The translations under genes and the position numbers were made by a program. A stretch of 63,480 nucleotides of DNA, the filler included, from Reticulomyxa filosa (taxonomy: Eukaryota > Protista > Foraminifera): assembly GCA_000512085.1 (NCBI GenBank). It is 14 parts of 14 records of this genome, joined end to end, with 100 filler letters (N's around TTAATTAATTAA, not from the genome) between each part and the next. Parts side by side here need not be neighbours in the genome. Positions count along the whole stretch, not along the records: positions 24,008 to 31,737 come from ASPP01020979.1; positions 31,838 to 33,706 come from ASPP01009035.1; positions 33,807 to 47,613 come from ASPP01015711.1; 11 more parts are not named here. One strand, 5' to 3'. Below, piece after piece: positions 27,264-39,730 of this stretch. The notes beneath the pieces were generated by a model. That model saw only the letters and a list, made by a program, of their open reading frames with translations, was not told the DNA's origin and did not search any database. Position 1 is the stretch's first letter; each line of letters starts with the position of its first letter.

Positions 27264-27731
27264 GTGCATACTACTCACAGGCAAATAAAAGATTATCTCC
27301 ACCGAAAAATTGATCTTTCCAATTGTCATTGTGCACTTCGACAAGGCAAGGTCTCTTTGGCCATAGACGATTTTGGTGCTATAATCACTCATACAACAGT
27401 CACAACCACACCAATACAGCTCAAATCTATCGACTTCTTTTCTGCAATGGCTACGTGTCAACGTATCTTCACTATGACTAGTGGAGCGATACTGGCATGC
27501 ATTGAAGCTTCGGCCATACTTGTCACACAAAACAACCCACAATCTCTACGAGCGCTCATAAAAGAAATATCAAACGAAAAACTATATGTTATGAATATTG
27601 ATATAAACCAGCAAACTGTTGTAGAAAAATGGCAGAGTAAACAAAGCAGCACACGTGTTATTGTTATGATAAATCCAGAAAACACAATGAAAAAACAAAT
27701 TATTGATTGTATCGTTATCCAAGATATTTAA
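27264..27731 (+). CDS. Hypothetical protein, probable terminal exon of an unknown or decaying gene
   Basis: 155-codon open frame with protein-like composition after a CAG acceptor (about 27280). No family recognised; upstream exon-like pieces contain stops. Confidence 0.35.
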   Translation: MHTTHRQIKDYLHRKIDLSNCHCALRQGKVSLAIDDFGAIITHTTVTTTPIQLKSIDFFSAMATCQRIFTMTSGAILACIEASAILVTQNNPQSLRALIKEISNEKLYVMNIDINQQTVVEKWQSKQSSTRVIVMINPENTMKKQIIDCIVIQDI

Positions 27732-29949
27732 ATTATTTGAAAAAGAGTTATTGATCCAAAAAGTATAATATTAGTTTACGTTTAAATTTGAGATTTTTAA
27801 AACGAATTTACAAGTGTGACAATAGCTTATTGTACGAACAGAAATTTTTTTATGGAAATCTACTTATAGAAAAATGGTATTTTGCCATAATTAAAAAGAA
27901 CAAGTTATCACAAAATGAACACAGTACTGTAAAAGAAAAACAAAAATAAAATGAAAACTTGTATTAGCCAACAAATGAAAAAACAAAGTTTTAATTAATA
28001 ATCAAAATAGAAAAAAACAAATCAAATTAAAATGCTGTAAGTCTACATCAGTCAATATTTGTGAATAATTAGCTATTCACTAAGGTGTTATGTTTGAATA
28101 TAATATTCAATCTAAAAAGTAGCAACTTTTTTTTTATATACAGAACAATGATCGAAGCTCTTTTTTGTAATTTGGAGACAAAAATTATTAACAAATCAAA
28201 AAAGGATTATTGTTCAACACATTTTTTTTCCAATGAATGTATCAGATATGTAAGAATATATTTTTTTTTAATTGTGGGTCATTTTGTTTAAATTATGGGT
28301 CATTTTTTATTTTTTTTGAACCTGTTTTTAAAAATGACCAAGTTTTATTCAAACAAATCAAAAAATGTTTTTTCCAATCAAATATTCACTAGTTAAGTCA
28401 GTTATTGTGCTATTGATCTGTTTTTGTCAAATCAAAAATATATCCAAAAAATCAATTAAATCAACGAGTTACAAGGGGGGGGAACGTAGTCACATTTTTT
28501 TTATTTTTTTCACTGTAATGTACCGTTTGTAAACAAGTCCAAAAGAGTCTAATTTGAATTGTACCAGCTAAATGAAGCTCACTTTAGCATTTATATTTTC
28601 TTAAGTGTAGCTTTTTCTTCTGTTGTCATGATAAAATAAAGAACTTAGTCAAGTCTTTAACTTTTATTGTTGATTTATGAGGAAAATCAAGCAAAAAAAT
28701 TTCAACTATTCGTCGCCATTGAAAAAGTTATTTTATAATGTTTGCAATCATCTCGGGTTAGAAGGCATATGCAACAAATACACAACAAATTTTCTCAAAA
28801 TAAAACATAAATCAAGCATCAATATTATCATCACATACATACATTGGATCACGTGATATGTAGTCAAAAGATACTTTCTCTTCATAAGCCATATGTACAC
28901 CATTATCGATTTGAATTAGGAGGACTACTGCATTTCCAAAAGCCGCAAAATTATCTACGTTTTGCATTCAATTTTGCAACAAAAATAAATTTTTTCATTT
29001 TTGAAATGGCAGAAGACGGTGTAACTGAAAACTGAGAGTGTAATTCCGTCAAAAGTAGCTCAAAACATTCTTTTCCTACAACAGTAAAGTAAAAAATCGC
29101 TTAAGCGACTCATAAGTTATCATTTTCTTGTTTGTACTTTTATTACTACGTATATAATTGAAATAGAGTAATTTATCATCAGTTAAAATAAATTACAAGT
29201 TCGTTTGATTATTGTTTGTTACATAGTTATTTGTTGTGATAAAAATGTTCAGTAATTGTGTTCTCAATAATAATCAATTAGACGATCAAAGTATAACAGA
29301 CGAGCAAAATCATGGCTAACTCATGTTATACATAAATTTGTTATCGTCAAATTCAATAGTTACTACAACTGCAACCATTAGCAAAATATCAAATAGCAAA
29401 ATTAATAACATTACGCTACAACAATTCACCGATGTAAATCTGCACTTCCAAATTTGTTTGCAATGCATCACAAAACCAGTCCACTTCAAAATGCTCGTTC
29501 GTATCATTGTATCAATTTGTGACAATATGATCTGATATATTGTAAAGCGGATATTCCTGCAGAACAGTCCTACATGTGATGGAAGGTGTTGCAAGGAATG
29601 TTGAATGCAATATCAAACACCACTATCAAAATAACGTAATTATAGAGGGAAAATAATCATCAAGTTTATGAGATAACTAACTTCTTGGTACATTTTAAAA
29701 TTATTAAAAAAAATTAAAAGTATCAGTATACTTTGCTTTACAGAAAATTGAGTTTTTCAGATGTAGACTACTCTTAAAAAATGAAAAAATTATGGAGTAT
29801 AATAGAGAAAAGAATTATGCAAAAAAAGTAATCATAGTTAATATGAAGGTTACAAAGATAGCTACCCCAACGCTTAATAAAGATTCACTAAGACCAAAAT
29901 AACAGCACAAAAGGAATAAGTATTATACATAAAGTGGTCTTACGAATAC

Positions 29950-31610
29950 CTATTTTTTATCTTGCTTGGTAAAAGACTGGACAAGTGAAGATATTGAGCT
30001 TGTGTCAGATTTCGATTTCTTACTTCGGATTGCTTCTTTTTCTTTTTCGTCACTCAACACATCAATCGCAGCATCGGCGGTAGTAGTTCCGGCAATAACC
30101 GATAGAGATAAATGACCCATATTAGTAGACACGGCCGCGGAATTTTTGACAATGGTGGCAGTTTCATCCGCTACCTCGCCGACTTCATCATCATACTTGT
30201 ATCTCGCCACATCAGCACCAGCATCTGCTACTTCGCCAATCAACACCAACGCAGCTGCGTCCAACTCTTTGTAAATCGAGAGGATGCCTTGCAGCGTCAC
30301 CTTTCCAACCTCTTTTGCCGTTTTCATTTCCTCACTTTGGTCGTCTATATCCGAACATAGATAAATATATGTATGTATAATGTACATATATATATACGTT
30401 TATCACTGCACATTACAAAACTTTGAATTTTTTGACCAATCTCCGTTTTCGATGCAGCATCTACCAATGTGTTGGAAAGTTCGACACATGCTGCTCTTGT
30501 CCCAGCAACAGCTGCATTCGAAACTATATACGTTTTTGTTTTGTTTTGTTTTTTTTGAAAGAAAAATTTTCGGATTTCTTCTTTCCTTTTTTTCTTTTTA
30601 GCAAAAAAAAAAAAAAGAAAATGTTCCATAAAAAACGTATACATACCTTTGATAGCAACAACTGAGGCAAACTTTGCTTTTTGAATGCGCTGTTTGGTGG
30701 TCTCGGAAACATGTACTCGTTTCCGTGTTTGGATGTGTTTCTTCAAATACTCTTTCGATGCGTGGATCCCTTCTGTCGCTGTGATCGTCCCTTTCTTAAT
30801 TCCTACTTTTGCCAAGTCCACGCCTTTTTTAATCAACTTGCCCGCCTTTGTTTTGGGCTTTCCCTCACTCGTTTCGCTATCTTCTTCTTCTTCTTTTTCT
30901 TCGCTTTTTCCTTCTGCCTTTTTTTAATTGTTTGTTTGTATGTCTTTTCATTTTTCGTATTTTATTGACTTCGTTGGAGAAAAGAACAAAAATATTTTTT
31001 GTTATTAACATACAAAAAAAAAAAAAATTAATATATATATAGATATATAATGATACGTGAGCATGAAATTGGCTGAATTGGGCCAATAATCCTTCAAACA
31101 TTTCTATGTCTTCAATTACAGCTTGCCTTTTTTTTTGCGCACACCTTGTAAAGAATCATTTTTTATTTTTGAAAAAAAAAAAATTATCACTAAACTGTGA
31201 TAAAATCAATCCAAAACATTGGTTATTTATTCCTGGGAATACGTAGCTCAGCATCCCGGCTCGTCTTTTTTTTTTTTTTTATGTTTTTTTTTTTAAGGAG
31301 CCTGTCACAACCACCCCTTTTTTTTTATACCAGCGAAGGAAACTGCTTATTAATGGCGTAGCTAAAAACCCCAGGCATAAAAAATAATAATGTGTCCGTT
31401 GCCATTTCCAACACTTGTAGTTGCCCAATTCCCATCGGTATTCGGTTTGCTCCTTCTATTTTGTAACAGCTCACATATTCTAGTGACAGCAGCGGCCTCA
31501 TTGCTACTTCTCCTTCATTTCCGTCCACCTGTTGTGACTGCAAAAGTATTAAACATAATAAATAATAGCTTAATTATTGAAAACAGAGAATATTGATTAG
31601 TATTTACCAT
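29950..31610 (-). CDS. Spartin/ERD7-like senescence-domain protein, multi-exon
   Basis: KVGIKKGTITATEGIHASKEYLKKHI...VHVSETTKQRIQKAKFAS...EVGKVTLQGILSIYKELDAAALVLIGEVADAGADVARYKYDDEVGEVA follows the senescence-domain pattern. First coding exon is ATG alone (31608-31610), then intron 31538-31607. Confidence 0.8.
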
Positions 31611-31837
31611 TCTTCCTATTTTATTATTTGTTAACGGAACTTTCTCTTAACAGGTCGTCTACAAAAGTTGAGCTGACAGATATTCCTTTTCAAAGTAAAC
31701 TGTGAAACGTTTGTACGGTAAACAACGCACTTCATTTNNNNNNNNNNNNNNNNNNNNNNNNNNNNNNNNNNNNNNNNNNNNTTAATTAATTAANNNNNNN
31801 NNNNNNNNNNNNNNNNNNNNNNNNNNNNNNNNNNNNN

Positions 31838-32397
31838 GTATTTGTAGTTATATTCCTACTTGCATTTGCATTTGCATTTACATTTGCATTTACATTTATA
31901 GCTATTTTTGTATTTGCGTCTTCATTCATTTGAATCAATTTCACACTATGACTTCGTGGACGATTGATTGGCATTGCTTTAGGGAGGATAGGGGGGTCGC
32001 TTATCTCTATGCTTTGTGAGCGAATTTTCGTTGGTGTGCTCGGGGTTGTACTCATCGTCATTCGTGGAGGCTCTTCGATCATTGGCATATGTGTTCCCAT
32101 CGTTTTGTTATCTCGGACGTTCGATTTTTGAAACACCTTCTTCATGTTTTGTGCTGTGTTTGTTGGAATCACCTCTTTGATTATCGACCTTCTCACAAAC
32201 AATCCACGATTTCGGGAACAACGGAAGTAACGTGTCCCGTCGATCATGCCGTCATGTCTCGATACTGCGTTCATCAGCTCCAACCCAAACCATTCTCCTA
32301 TGCTGAATTTTACACTGCCTTTGAAGCGAATTATACCAAAGCGTTGCTCTGTTAACAACACCATCTCTCCAACTTCAATTCGCTTCTGCTTTGACAT
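31838..32397 (-). CDS. CAP-Gly domain protein, N-terminal part, truncated by gap
   Basis: EVGEMVLLTEQRFGIIRFKGSVKFSIGEWFGLELMNAVSRHDGMIDGTRYFRCSRNRGLFVR, a CAP-Gly domain with SRHDG in place of GKNDG. Confidence 0.9.
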
Positions 32398-32801
32398 TAT
32401 TATTTTTTATTTTATTTTGTTCGCGTCCTTTCATCCGTCCTCCCTGTTCAGTATATTTTTAGTATTATCTTGCACTCTCTCAAAGTTATTAGTTTGACTT
32501 TTTTTCTTTTTGAAAAATCTGTCGCATTAAATTTTAATATTCTTTTGCCGAGAAGACAACAAACAATTTTGTTTTGACATGTAGCCAAGACCCATTTGTT
32601 CAGAGAAGAAGAGGAAAAAAAAGTAGTTTGATGAAATGAAGTACACGTGCATAAATTAAGGAATGTTCTTTTCTTTTCAGGTGATGCATGTCGCGAGACA
32701 AAGCAAAACTTTTGTTAAAAAAAAAATAACACAGCGTCACCTTAATTTTTCAGTAACTTACTTTGAAAAATAGGTTGCTTTTTTTTTCTTCTCTCTCCCA
32801 A

Positions 32802-33614
32802 ATGTCCTTGAGTAGTTCAGATCATTATGAGGATTTGACAGTGGTGATTGTAGGAGATTCGAAGGTGGGCAAGTCGACACTAATTCAGTCCTACCTACAC
32901 AGTCAGTTTGTTGGAAGCAATGTACAACCAAGCCATAGTTCATTGGTAGGTCCCACGCAAATTCCAGCGCATGATTTTTTAAGCACAGCCCATCGAACAT
33001 TTTCAAGCCGATGCAATATCAACCTGATGGACACAGTATCGAATAGCCTAACAGCACAAAGCAAGCAAGCGATCCGCAATTGCGACGGCATAGTGATAAT
33101 GAGTGCATGGGACAACAAGCCGTCGATCGACCATATAACCGAGTATTGGTTGGGTGAAATTGAGAAGTGCAACAACCCAAATGTGCCAATCTTTGTGTTT
33201 ATAAACAAGGCCGATGTATGTGACAGCATCATCGTGATCCCCGGACAAGTGAACGTGTCAAGAGATCTAAGTGAGCGCGACAGAAGACGGAAAGTGACAG
33301 AAATTTCCGACGCCAATCCATTGATCAGGAACGTGTACGAGTTGTCACTCTTGAAAAACATGGACGGCGCGTTGGAAACAATGGAAAATGTAATCCTGGC
33401 GATTTTGTATCCATTGACCCCTTTGGTAGTGATTGTATCCAATGGAGTGGAAGCCAAGCGTCCATCCGACGACGACACGTCACACGACTCCTCTAGCAAT
33501 CGCTGCTGCGTGCAAAAAACGGCATGTCCAAAGCCAAAGTGTCCCCGACTTTCTTGGCGATTCTGACGAGGATCTTTCATATCTTGGATCGTGATTTTGA
33601 TTTATTGCTTTGCG
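32802..33614 (+). CDS. RHOT: Mitochondrial Rho GTPase (Miro), first exon; rest lost in gap
   Basis: VVIVGDSKVGKSTLI (G1), NKAD (G4), Miro-like LAILYPLTPL. After a frameshift at about 33545 it reads LAILTRIFHILDRDFDLLLC (start of the first EF-hand), then a GT donor at 33615. Confidence 0.8.
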
Positions 33615-33868
33615 GTTTGCGTAACTATACTTTTATATATATATATATATAAAGGAAGAGAGAAAAGAAGAGAAGGGGACGTTTTTTTTTTTTTTTTTTT
33701 TTTTTTNNNNNNNNNNNNNNNNNNNNNNNNNNNNNNNNNNNNNNNNNNNNTTAATTAATTAANNNNNNNNNNNNNNNNNNNNNNNNNNNNNNNNNNNNNN
33801 NNNNNNAAAAAAAAAAAAATCTCTCGGATTTTCGAAAGAAAAATAAATTTTTTTAAAAAAAACATTAC

Positions 33869-34633
33869 CAATCTTTGTTTTGACTGAAATCAATACAGGT
33901 CTTTCCGCGTGTTGAGCTTTTTCAAGGCCTCTTCAATGGCGTTGACATCACGATTTCCGTCGTGCACGGTCAAAGTATCCCATTCGTAGGCTTCGAAACG
34001 TTTGGTGACGTTTTCAGTGAAACTTAATGACGTCTTTCCGTCAATCGTGATGGAATTGTCATCGTAAAGGACGATCAGATTATTCAATTTCAAATGTCCC
34101 GCCAACGACGCAGCTTCACTTGCCACTCCTTCTTGCATGCACCCATCACCGACGATCACATAGACTTTGTGGTTAAATAAGGGATAATCTTTCTTGTTGA
34201 ATTTGGCAGCCATATGCTTTGCTGCGCACGCCAGTCCTACCGCTTGGGCTATTCCTTGGCCTAATGGTCCGGTGGACACCTCCACTCCATCCGTTACACC
34301 GACTTCTGGGTGTCCTGGTGTGTTGCTGTGGAGCTGTCGAAACTTTTTCAAATCGTCCATTGTCACCTTAAATCCGCTCAAGTGCAACAAAGAGTATTGC
34401 AGCGCGCACGCATGGCCGTTTGATAACACAAAACGATCACGGTTGATCCATTTGCTGTTTTTTGGATTCGTTGTCAGAAATTTTGTCCATAAAACGTGAC
34501 CAACTGGGGCCAGGCCCATTGGAGCTCCTGGATGTCCTGCGTCGGCTTTTTCTACTACGTCTGCTGCCAACACTCGAATGGTTCGAATGCTTAACTCATC
34601 CACTTCATCAATTTTCACTTCTTGCGCTGACAT
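33869..34633 (-). CDS. TKT: Transketolase, N-terminal exon; rest lost in gap
   Basis: GHPGAPMG, NRDRFVLSNGHAC, TPGHPE, TGPLGQG and the TPP motif GDGCMQEG...YDDNSITIDG. A one-base slip in an A-run near 33920 restores KKAQHAERPVLISVKTKIG up to the donor at 33868. Confidence 0.97.
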
Positions 34634-35218
34634 GATCGCTTTATTAGTGTCTAAAGGTGTTGATTTTTATGAGCTGCTAAAATCGCAAACGAAAAAAAAC
34701 TTTCTTAGAGTGTTGGTAGGTTACGAATTCCTCTGTCGCCCGAAAAATGTCTTAGTCCTAACGACTTTTCTCCAAGTCAATAGAAATATCATGCATTTAT
34801 TTTCAAGATAGTGTAAAGATATTAAATCAATCATTGAAAGTAAACCACTTTCAATTAACAAGGAAATCCAAATGTAATATCTTTTGTACCTAAAGGAAAA
34901 AAGGATTCGCATTTTTTAATACTCTCCGTTATTGTATCAAACAATTGAAATGGCCACTGCAAGTTAAGATGTTTTGAGGAAAGTTCTTTTAGATAATCTA
35001 TGAGAGGATAATGGTATAAACAGAATGCTCAGACACTATTACCAACAAACCTAATTTTTGAACAGTTTTTGTTGTTCGTGCGAACTAAAAGTGAAAACGT
35101 CTTGCACAAAGGTCAAAAAAAAGGGGTAAAAAAGGTAGCAGTTGGTTCAAGTGATTGAAGCAGCATCTTTTTTGAATTATTGATTTTCTTTTGTGAAAGG
35201 GACTGAAAACACCAGCAA

Positions 35219-38200
35219 ATGAGTAAGCATGGATCAGGGAAAAATCAGGTGGAAGACATAATTGCTTCCGCCGAGAATCTTAAGTCGAGAAAGCCTGACG
35301 TAAGAAAATAAACTTTTCTTTTTTTTTTCCGTTCCTCAGCCCTTTTTTGTTTGGATCAATAAGACTAATCTGGCTTTTTTTATTTGTATTGGCAAAATTG
35401 AAAATACCTAGGATGCAATGGGAATGCTGTTGGACTTGTTGACTCGCCGTCGAGTGCAATGGACAGACAAATTTGAAAGAGCAGCAAAGTTATACGTGGA
35501 AATAGGAGTGGAAAATTTAAAGCCGGTGAGAGACGGGTTGATTGCATTCCGTAACATGGTCCAACAAACCAAGCCAGACTCACTTTCGACAGTATTGTTG
35601 CATTATATAAAAATTGTCGAGGACAAAGGTAAAGCAGTGACTTTTTTAAAACCACACACCCCAAAACAACCAATGAGAGGACATACAAATATGTAAATGT
35701 ATATATAAATATTATAAGTGTATATACATATACAAACATATGTGTATGTGATATATCTTATATGCATTTGCACAAGATATTGTTGACAACGACAACAACA
35801 ATAATAAAAGGGGCAAAGGAATGTGCGATATTTGCAGAGCAAATGAAGCAGCTCGTGGATAATGGGAATGAAGAGGCGAAAATGAAAATAAAACAAAAGC
35901 AATACGACAGTAAGATACTATCGTATCAATGGGAGTGTTACAATAATATATTAATGGTATTGCGCAACAATGGCAAATTGAATCACATTTATTCCAACAC
36001 TGTGTTCAAAGCCGCTCAATTTGCGGTCGAATTGAATCGCACTACGGAAATGAAACGTCTTTGTGAAATAGTTCGAAAGCGTTTCGAGTATGTAATGCAA
36101 AATCAAGACTTGGATTACGCTTTGAAAATGAACAACATTCAGGCATTAAATAGTATGTTTGATGTCAAATTGTTATTGTTACAAAAAGCTCTAGATATGC
36201 AATTGTATCAAGAAAGTTTCAAAAGCAGCAGTGACATACTCAATCTGCTCAAATATGTCGAAAAAATGAACAAAAAAATAGCATGGAACCTTTGTTGTTT
36301 GCACATTACTATGAACAAATCGCCCGAGTGTTTTGGAGTTGTGGACGTTTACTCTTGCACGCTTATGCTATTTACAACGCTTTTTTGTTGAGTTTTTCTT
36401 TTTTTTTTTTTTTTTAATCTCTTACGAAAAATCGCATTTATCATTTTTCCTGTTTTATTATTTACTTTACTGTGAAAAAAAGGCACCGAAAAAAAGCGAA
36501 ACAACCTGCACGTCGACGAGAAAAAGAGAAGGAAAACGAACAAGACCGAGCACAGACATCAGCAACAGTAGCAACAACAACAGCACAACAACAACAGCAC
36601 CAGTAACAACAGCAACAGCAACAACAACAACAGAAACAGCTACTGGACAGATGAGCACCCAAGATATGATAGATAGCTTGTATTCTATCGATGATCAAGA
36701 AATGGAAAATGAGCAACGCATTCGACAACGATTGTCGCAAGCAATGATAGCGGCGTTGGTCGTGAAGGATATGCAATCGGGACAGTCGAGACAGTTTTCG
36801 AGCTCGTCAAGAGGCAATGAATTAATGTTGAGTGGTGACCAGTCATTGATCAAATTGGCCAAAGATTTCGGCTTTCCACCAGAATTATCACGTACTCACT
36901 TGTTGAAATCGCTGTTAAATGAAAGCGCGCTGTCCGAAAACTGTAAAAAGTTGTATTATCGCTTTGAAACAATTTTGGCCCCGACCAAGTTTACGCAAGA
37001 AATTGAGCGTCTTCTTTCTGAAATTGCAAAGAAAGACCTTGTCCCAGTCAAGTTTTATCAACACGAAATTCATTACATGGGTGTTATGAGATTGTCTATG
37101 CAATTGGGAAATTGTACAAAACATTGTCGTGGGATCGATTTCGCAAATTGTGTTTTAGCGATTTGAATGAAAAGGATGTTGAAAAGATCATTGCCAATAT
37201 TGTGACGTCAGGACATGTTAGTCTGAGATTGTCTCACAGCACTAATATGATCACTTTCTCGGGAGATGACGTCTCTGAAAATGAATATTTACTCATAGTC
37301 TGGCGAGTCTGCCGATGCGCTTGATGATTCAGTCGATGGATTAGGTATTTTTTTTTAGTTTTTTTTTTATGTTATATTCGTGTGTAAACTAATCCATTAT
37401 CATTCGGAAAAAAAAAAAGGTGACTCAAAATTGAAACGTGGCGAAATGAATCGAGCTTCTTCCTATCACGAACAGTTGGTATTGTTCAGTCGCGAGTTGT
37501 CGAAAGTTGTTGAATGTATTTATGCTAGCAACAATGCGAAGGAAGCGCAAAAACAACGTTCGTCGGTGTTTCAATTAGTACGTGTTGGCACACGCAAAGA
37601 TCACGAAATGATTGCTCAACGCTTGGAACAAATCATCCAAGAAAAGAGAGAACTGGAAAAATGGAAAGAACACATTGAACGAGAAGGACAGCGAAAACAA
37701 TTGAAACAAAAGAAACACGAAGAAGAGCAAAGAATAAAACGGGAATTAGACGAAAAGCGCAAACGCGAACAAAATGAACAAAAGAAATTAAAAGACGAAC
37801 AAGACAAACAAGAAGCGCAAAAAGTCAAACAGCAATTGCAAGAAATGACTCAAACTGCTAATGTTGGTGCTACCACTGCAAGACAAACCTGGAGTCAACG
37901 TAACTTTTTCTTTTTTTTTACAAAAAAGGTTTTTTTATTATTTTGAGTTAATAGTTAGTTGTAGTCAGTAATGAGATAAAGTTTGTTGGAAATTTTTCGT
38001 TTACAAAATGAATCAATAAATAAAAGATGCAAAGGGAGTGACCGCACCCAAAGTGGTTCCACAGGTTGCCCATGCCGTTGCAGCAGCAGCAGAGTTAGTG
38101 AAGCAATTGGAAGAGGGAAAGACGGACATTGACAAAGAGCAACTCAACCAAATTACTGAAGAGTATCGCACGTCTTTGCGAAAACAACAACGAGAACAAG

Positions 38201-39347
38201 AAAAGGCAGAACGAAAGGCATTTGATTTTGCCATTCGCGCCGAACGCAAATTCTTGATTCCAAAATGTGAACAATTGATCGAAAAAGAAAAAAAAAGCCA
38301 TGAAGAGGACAAAAAACAATTATATAAACAACGAATTAAAGAAGACAAAAAGAAATACGAACGGGATGTCCAAATACGCGATCGATTGAAGGAAATTGGT
38401 GAGTTCTTTGATGAATTTCAGAAAAATGTCGAAATGGAATTAGCTCAGCGTTTCGAAGATGCCGAAAAACGAAAAAAATCCAAACCCAAAGAAAAAGAAA
38501 AAGAAAAAGAAAAGGAAAAGGAAAAGGAAAAGGAAAAGCCACAAAAACAAAAACAAAAAAGAAGAAAAAGAAAAGGAAAGTGAGAAAAAAGAACCGGAAC
38601 CAGGTGCTTCTGTTGCAAGTACTTCCGGAGCAAAAACCATATCTGCTGATGAACACAAACGAATGCCTTACAAGAGTTTACTGACGGTTTTCGACGCAAG
38701 CCAGATGTATCGAATGTAAGTTTTTGTTTGTAATGTTAATGCAAAAAGTATACTATTGCTTTCACATGTATGTTAATTGCTTTGGTCGGGGCGGAAAAAT
38801 AATATAGGCTGATCAAGATGACAGAGCTAACTTTCGCAGACCACGAGAACATCAACGAGAACATCAGCCAGGAGCAGCGCCAGAAGCTCAAGCAAGTGAG
38901 GCGAAACCTAGTTCATTGAAAAAAGGTACATCCGGCTTTCAAGTTCGAAAAGAGGCGGTTCGGTATGAACCTGATGCACCACCATCCGCCCCTCAGAGTC
39001 GTGTGAGCTATTATTCTAAATCAGGCAACAGAGGTGATGAACGAAGAGAACCAAGAAGCATTCGACCCCAACGTGAGGGATCGTCCGGTGATTTACCTGT
39101 GAGAGGTCGTGGTGATATCGGTGACGTGTCCGAGCCAGGTGGTAGAATCAGACCTTCATCTAATACCACTGATTCGACAAATCAACCAGGAAGCTTGAGA
39201 CCACCATCTACCAAAACAGAGTCCACAGGAGGTACTTTATATTGAAATGTTAAAATCAAAGCAAATATACATATAAATGCAATTTGTTTTTATGACACAG
39301 GACCCAGATTCTTCAATTCTAGGTTGAGACCGGATCCAAACAAATAA
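35219..39347 (+). CDS. EIF3A: Eukaryotic translation initiation factor 3 subunit A, multi-exon
   Basis: RDGLIAFRNMVQQ...LHYIKIVEDK; YQWECYNNILMVLRNNGKLNHIY...RTTEMKRLCEIVR; PCI region (YKTLSWDRFRKL...VSLRLSHSTNMITF); long charged coiled coil; R/G/P-rich tail ending ...PDPNK* at 39347. Confidence 0.88.
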
Positions 39348-39730
39348 ATGTTTTTTAGGAGTATTTTTACCGATTATTTCTCTCTCCAACAAAAAAAAAT
39401 TTTCAGTCAAACAACGCGACAACTTCCAAAAATAACGTTTGGCTATCTTTTGTTCTTTTTTTCCGTTTGTTGTTGCGGGATGTTTTTATTATTTTCAACT
39501 GGCAGTTGATCCAGTTTGAGGTTATTGCCAATTTCTCAGAAAACCGCAACTTACTGATCGTTTCGCCTTGTGCGTGCTTCATTTTGTCGTCAAGTCGGTA
39601 TATCTGCCACATTTTTTTACGAAAAAAATAAAAGCGAAGCAGGATAAAATGAAATTAAAAACAAATAAACAAAAAATACAGAAACGACGAACAAACCAAA
39701 CAACGAAGAAAAACAATAATGTTGGTACAC

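Noticed and set aside
33540-33925. Frameshifts in Miro and transketolase (also dynein about 6700, eIF3a, crescerin-like) as programmed frameshifting or editing
   Set aside because: Those I could resolve are single-base differences in homopolymer runs (A5 for A6 in TKT, C3 for C4 in dynein), typical of pyrosequencing error, with no shared slippery motif. Raw reads would settle it.
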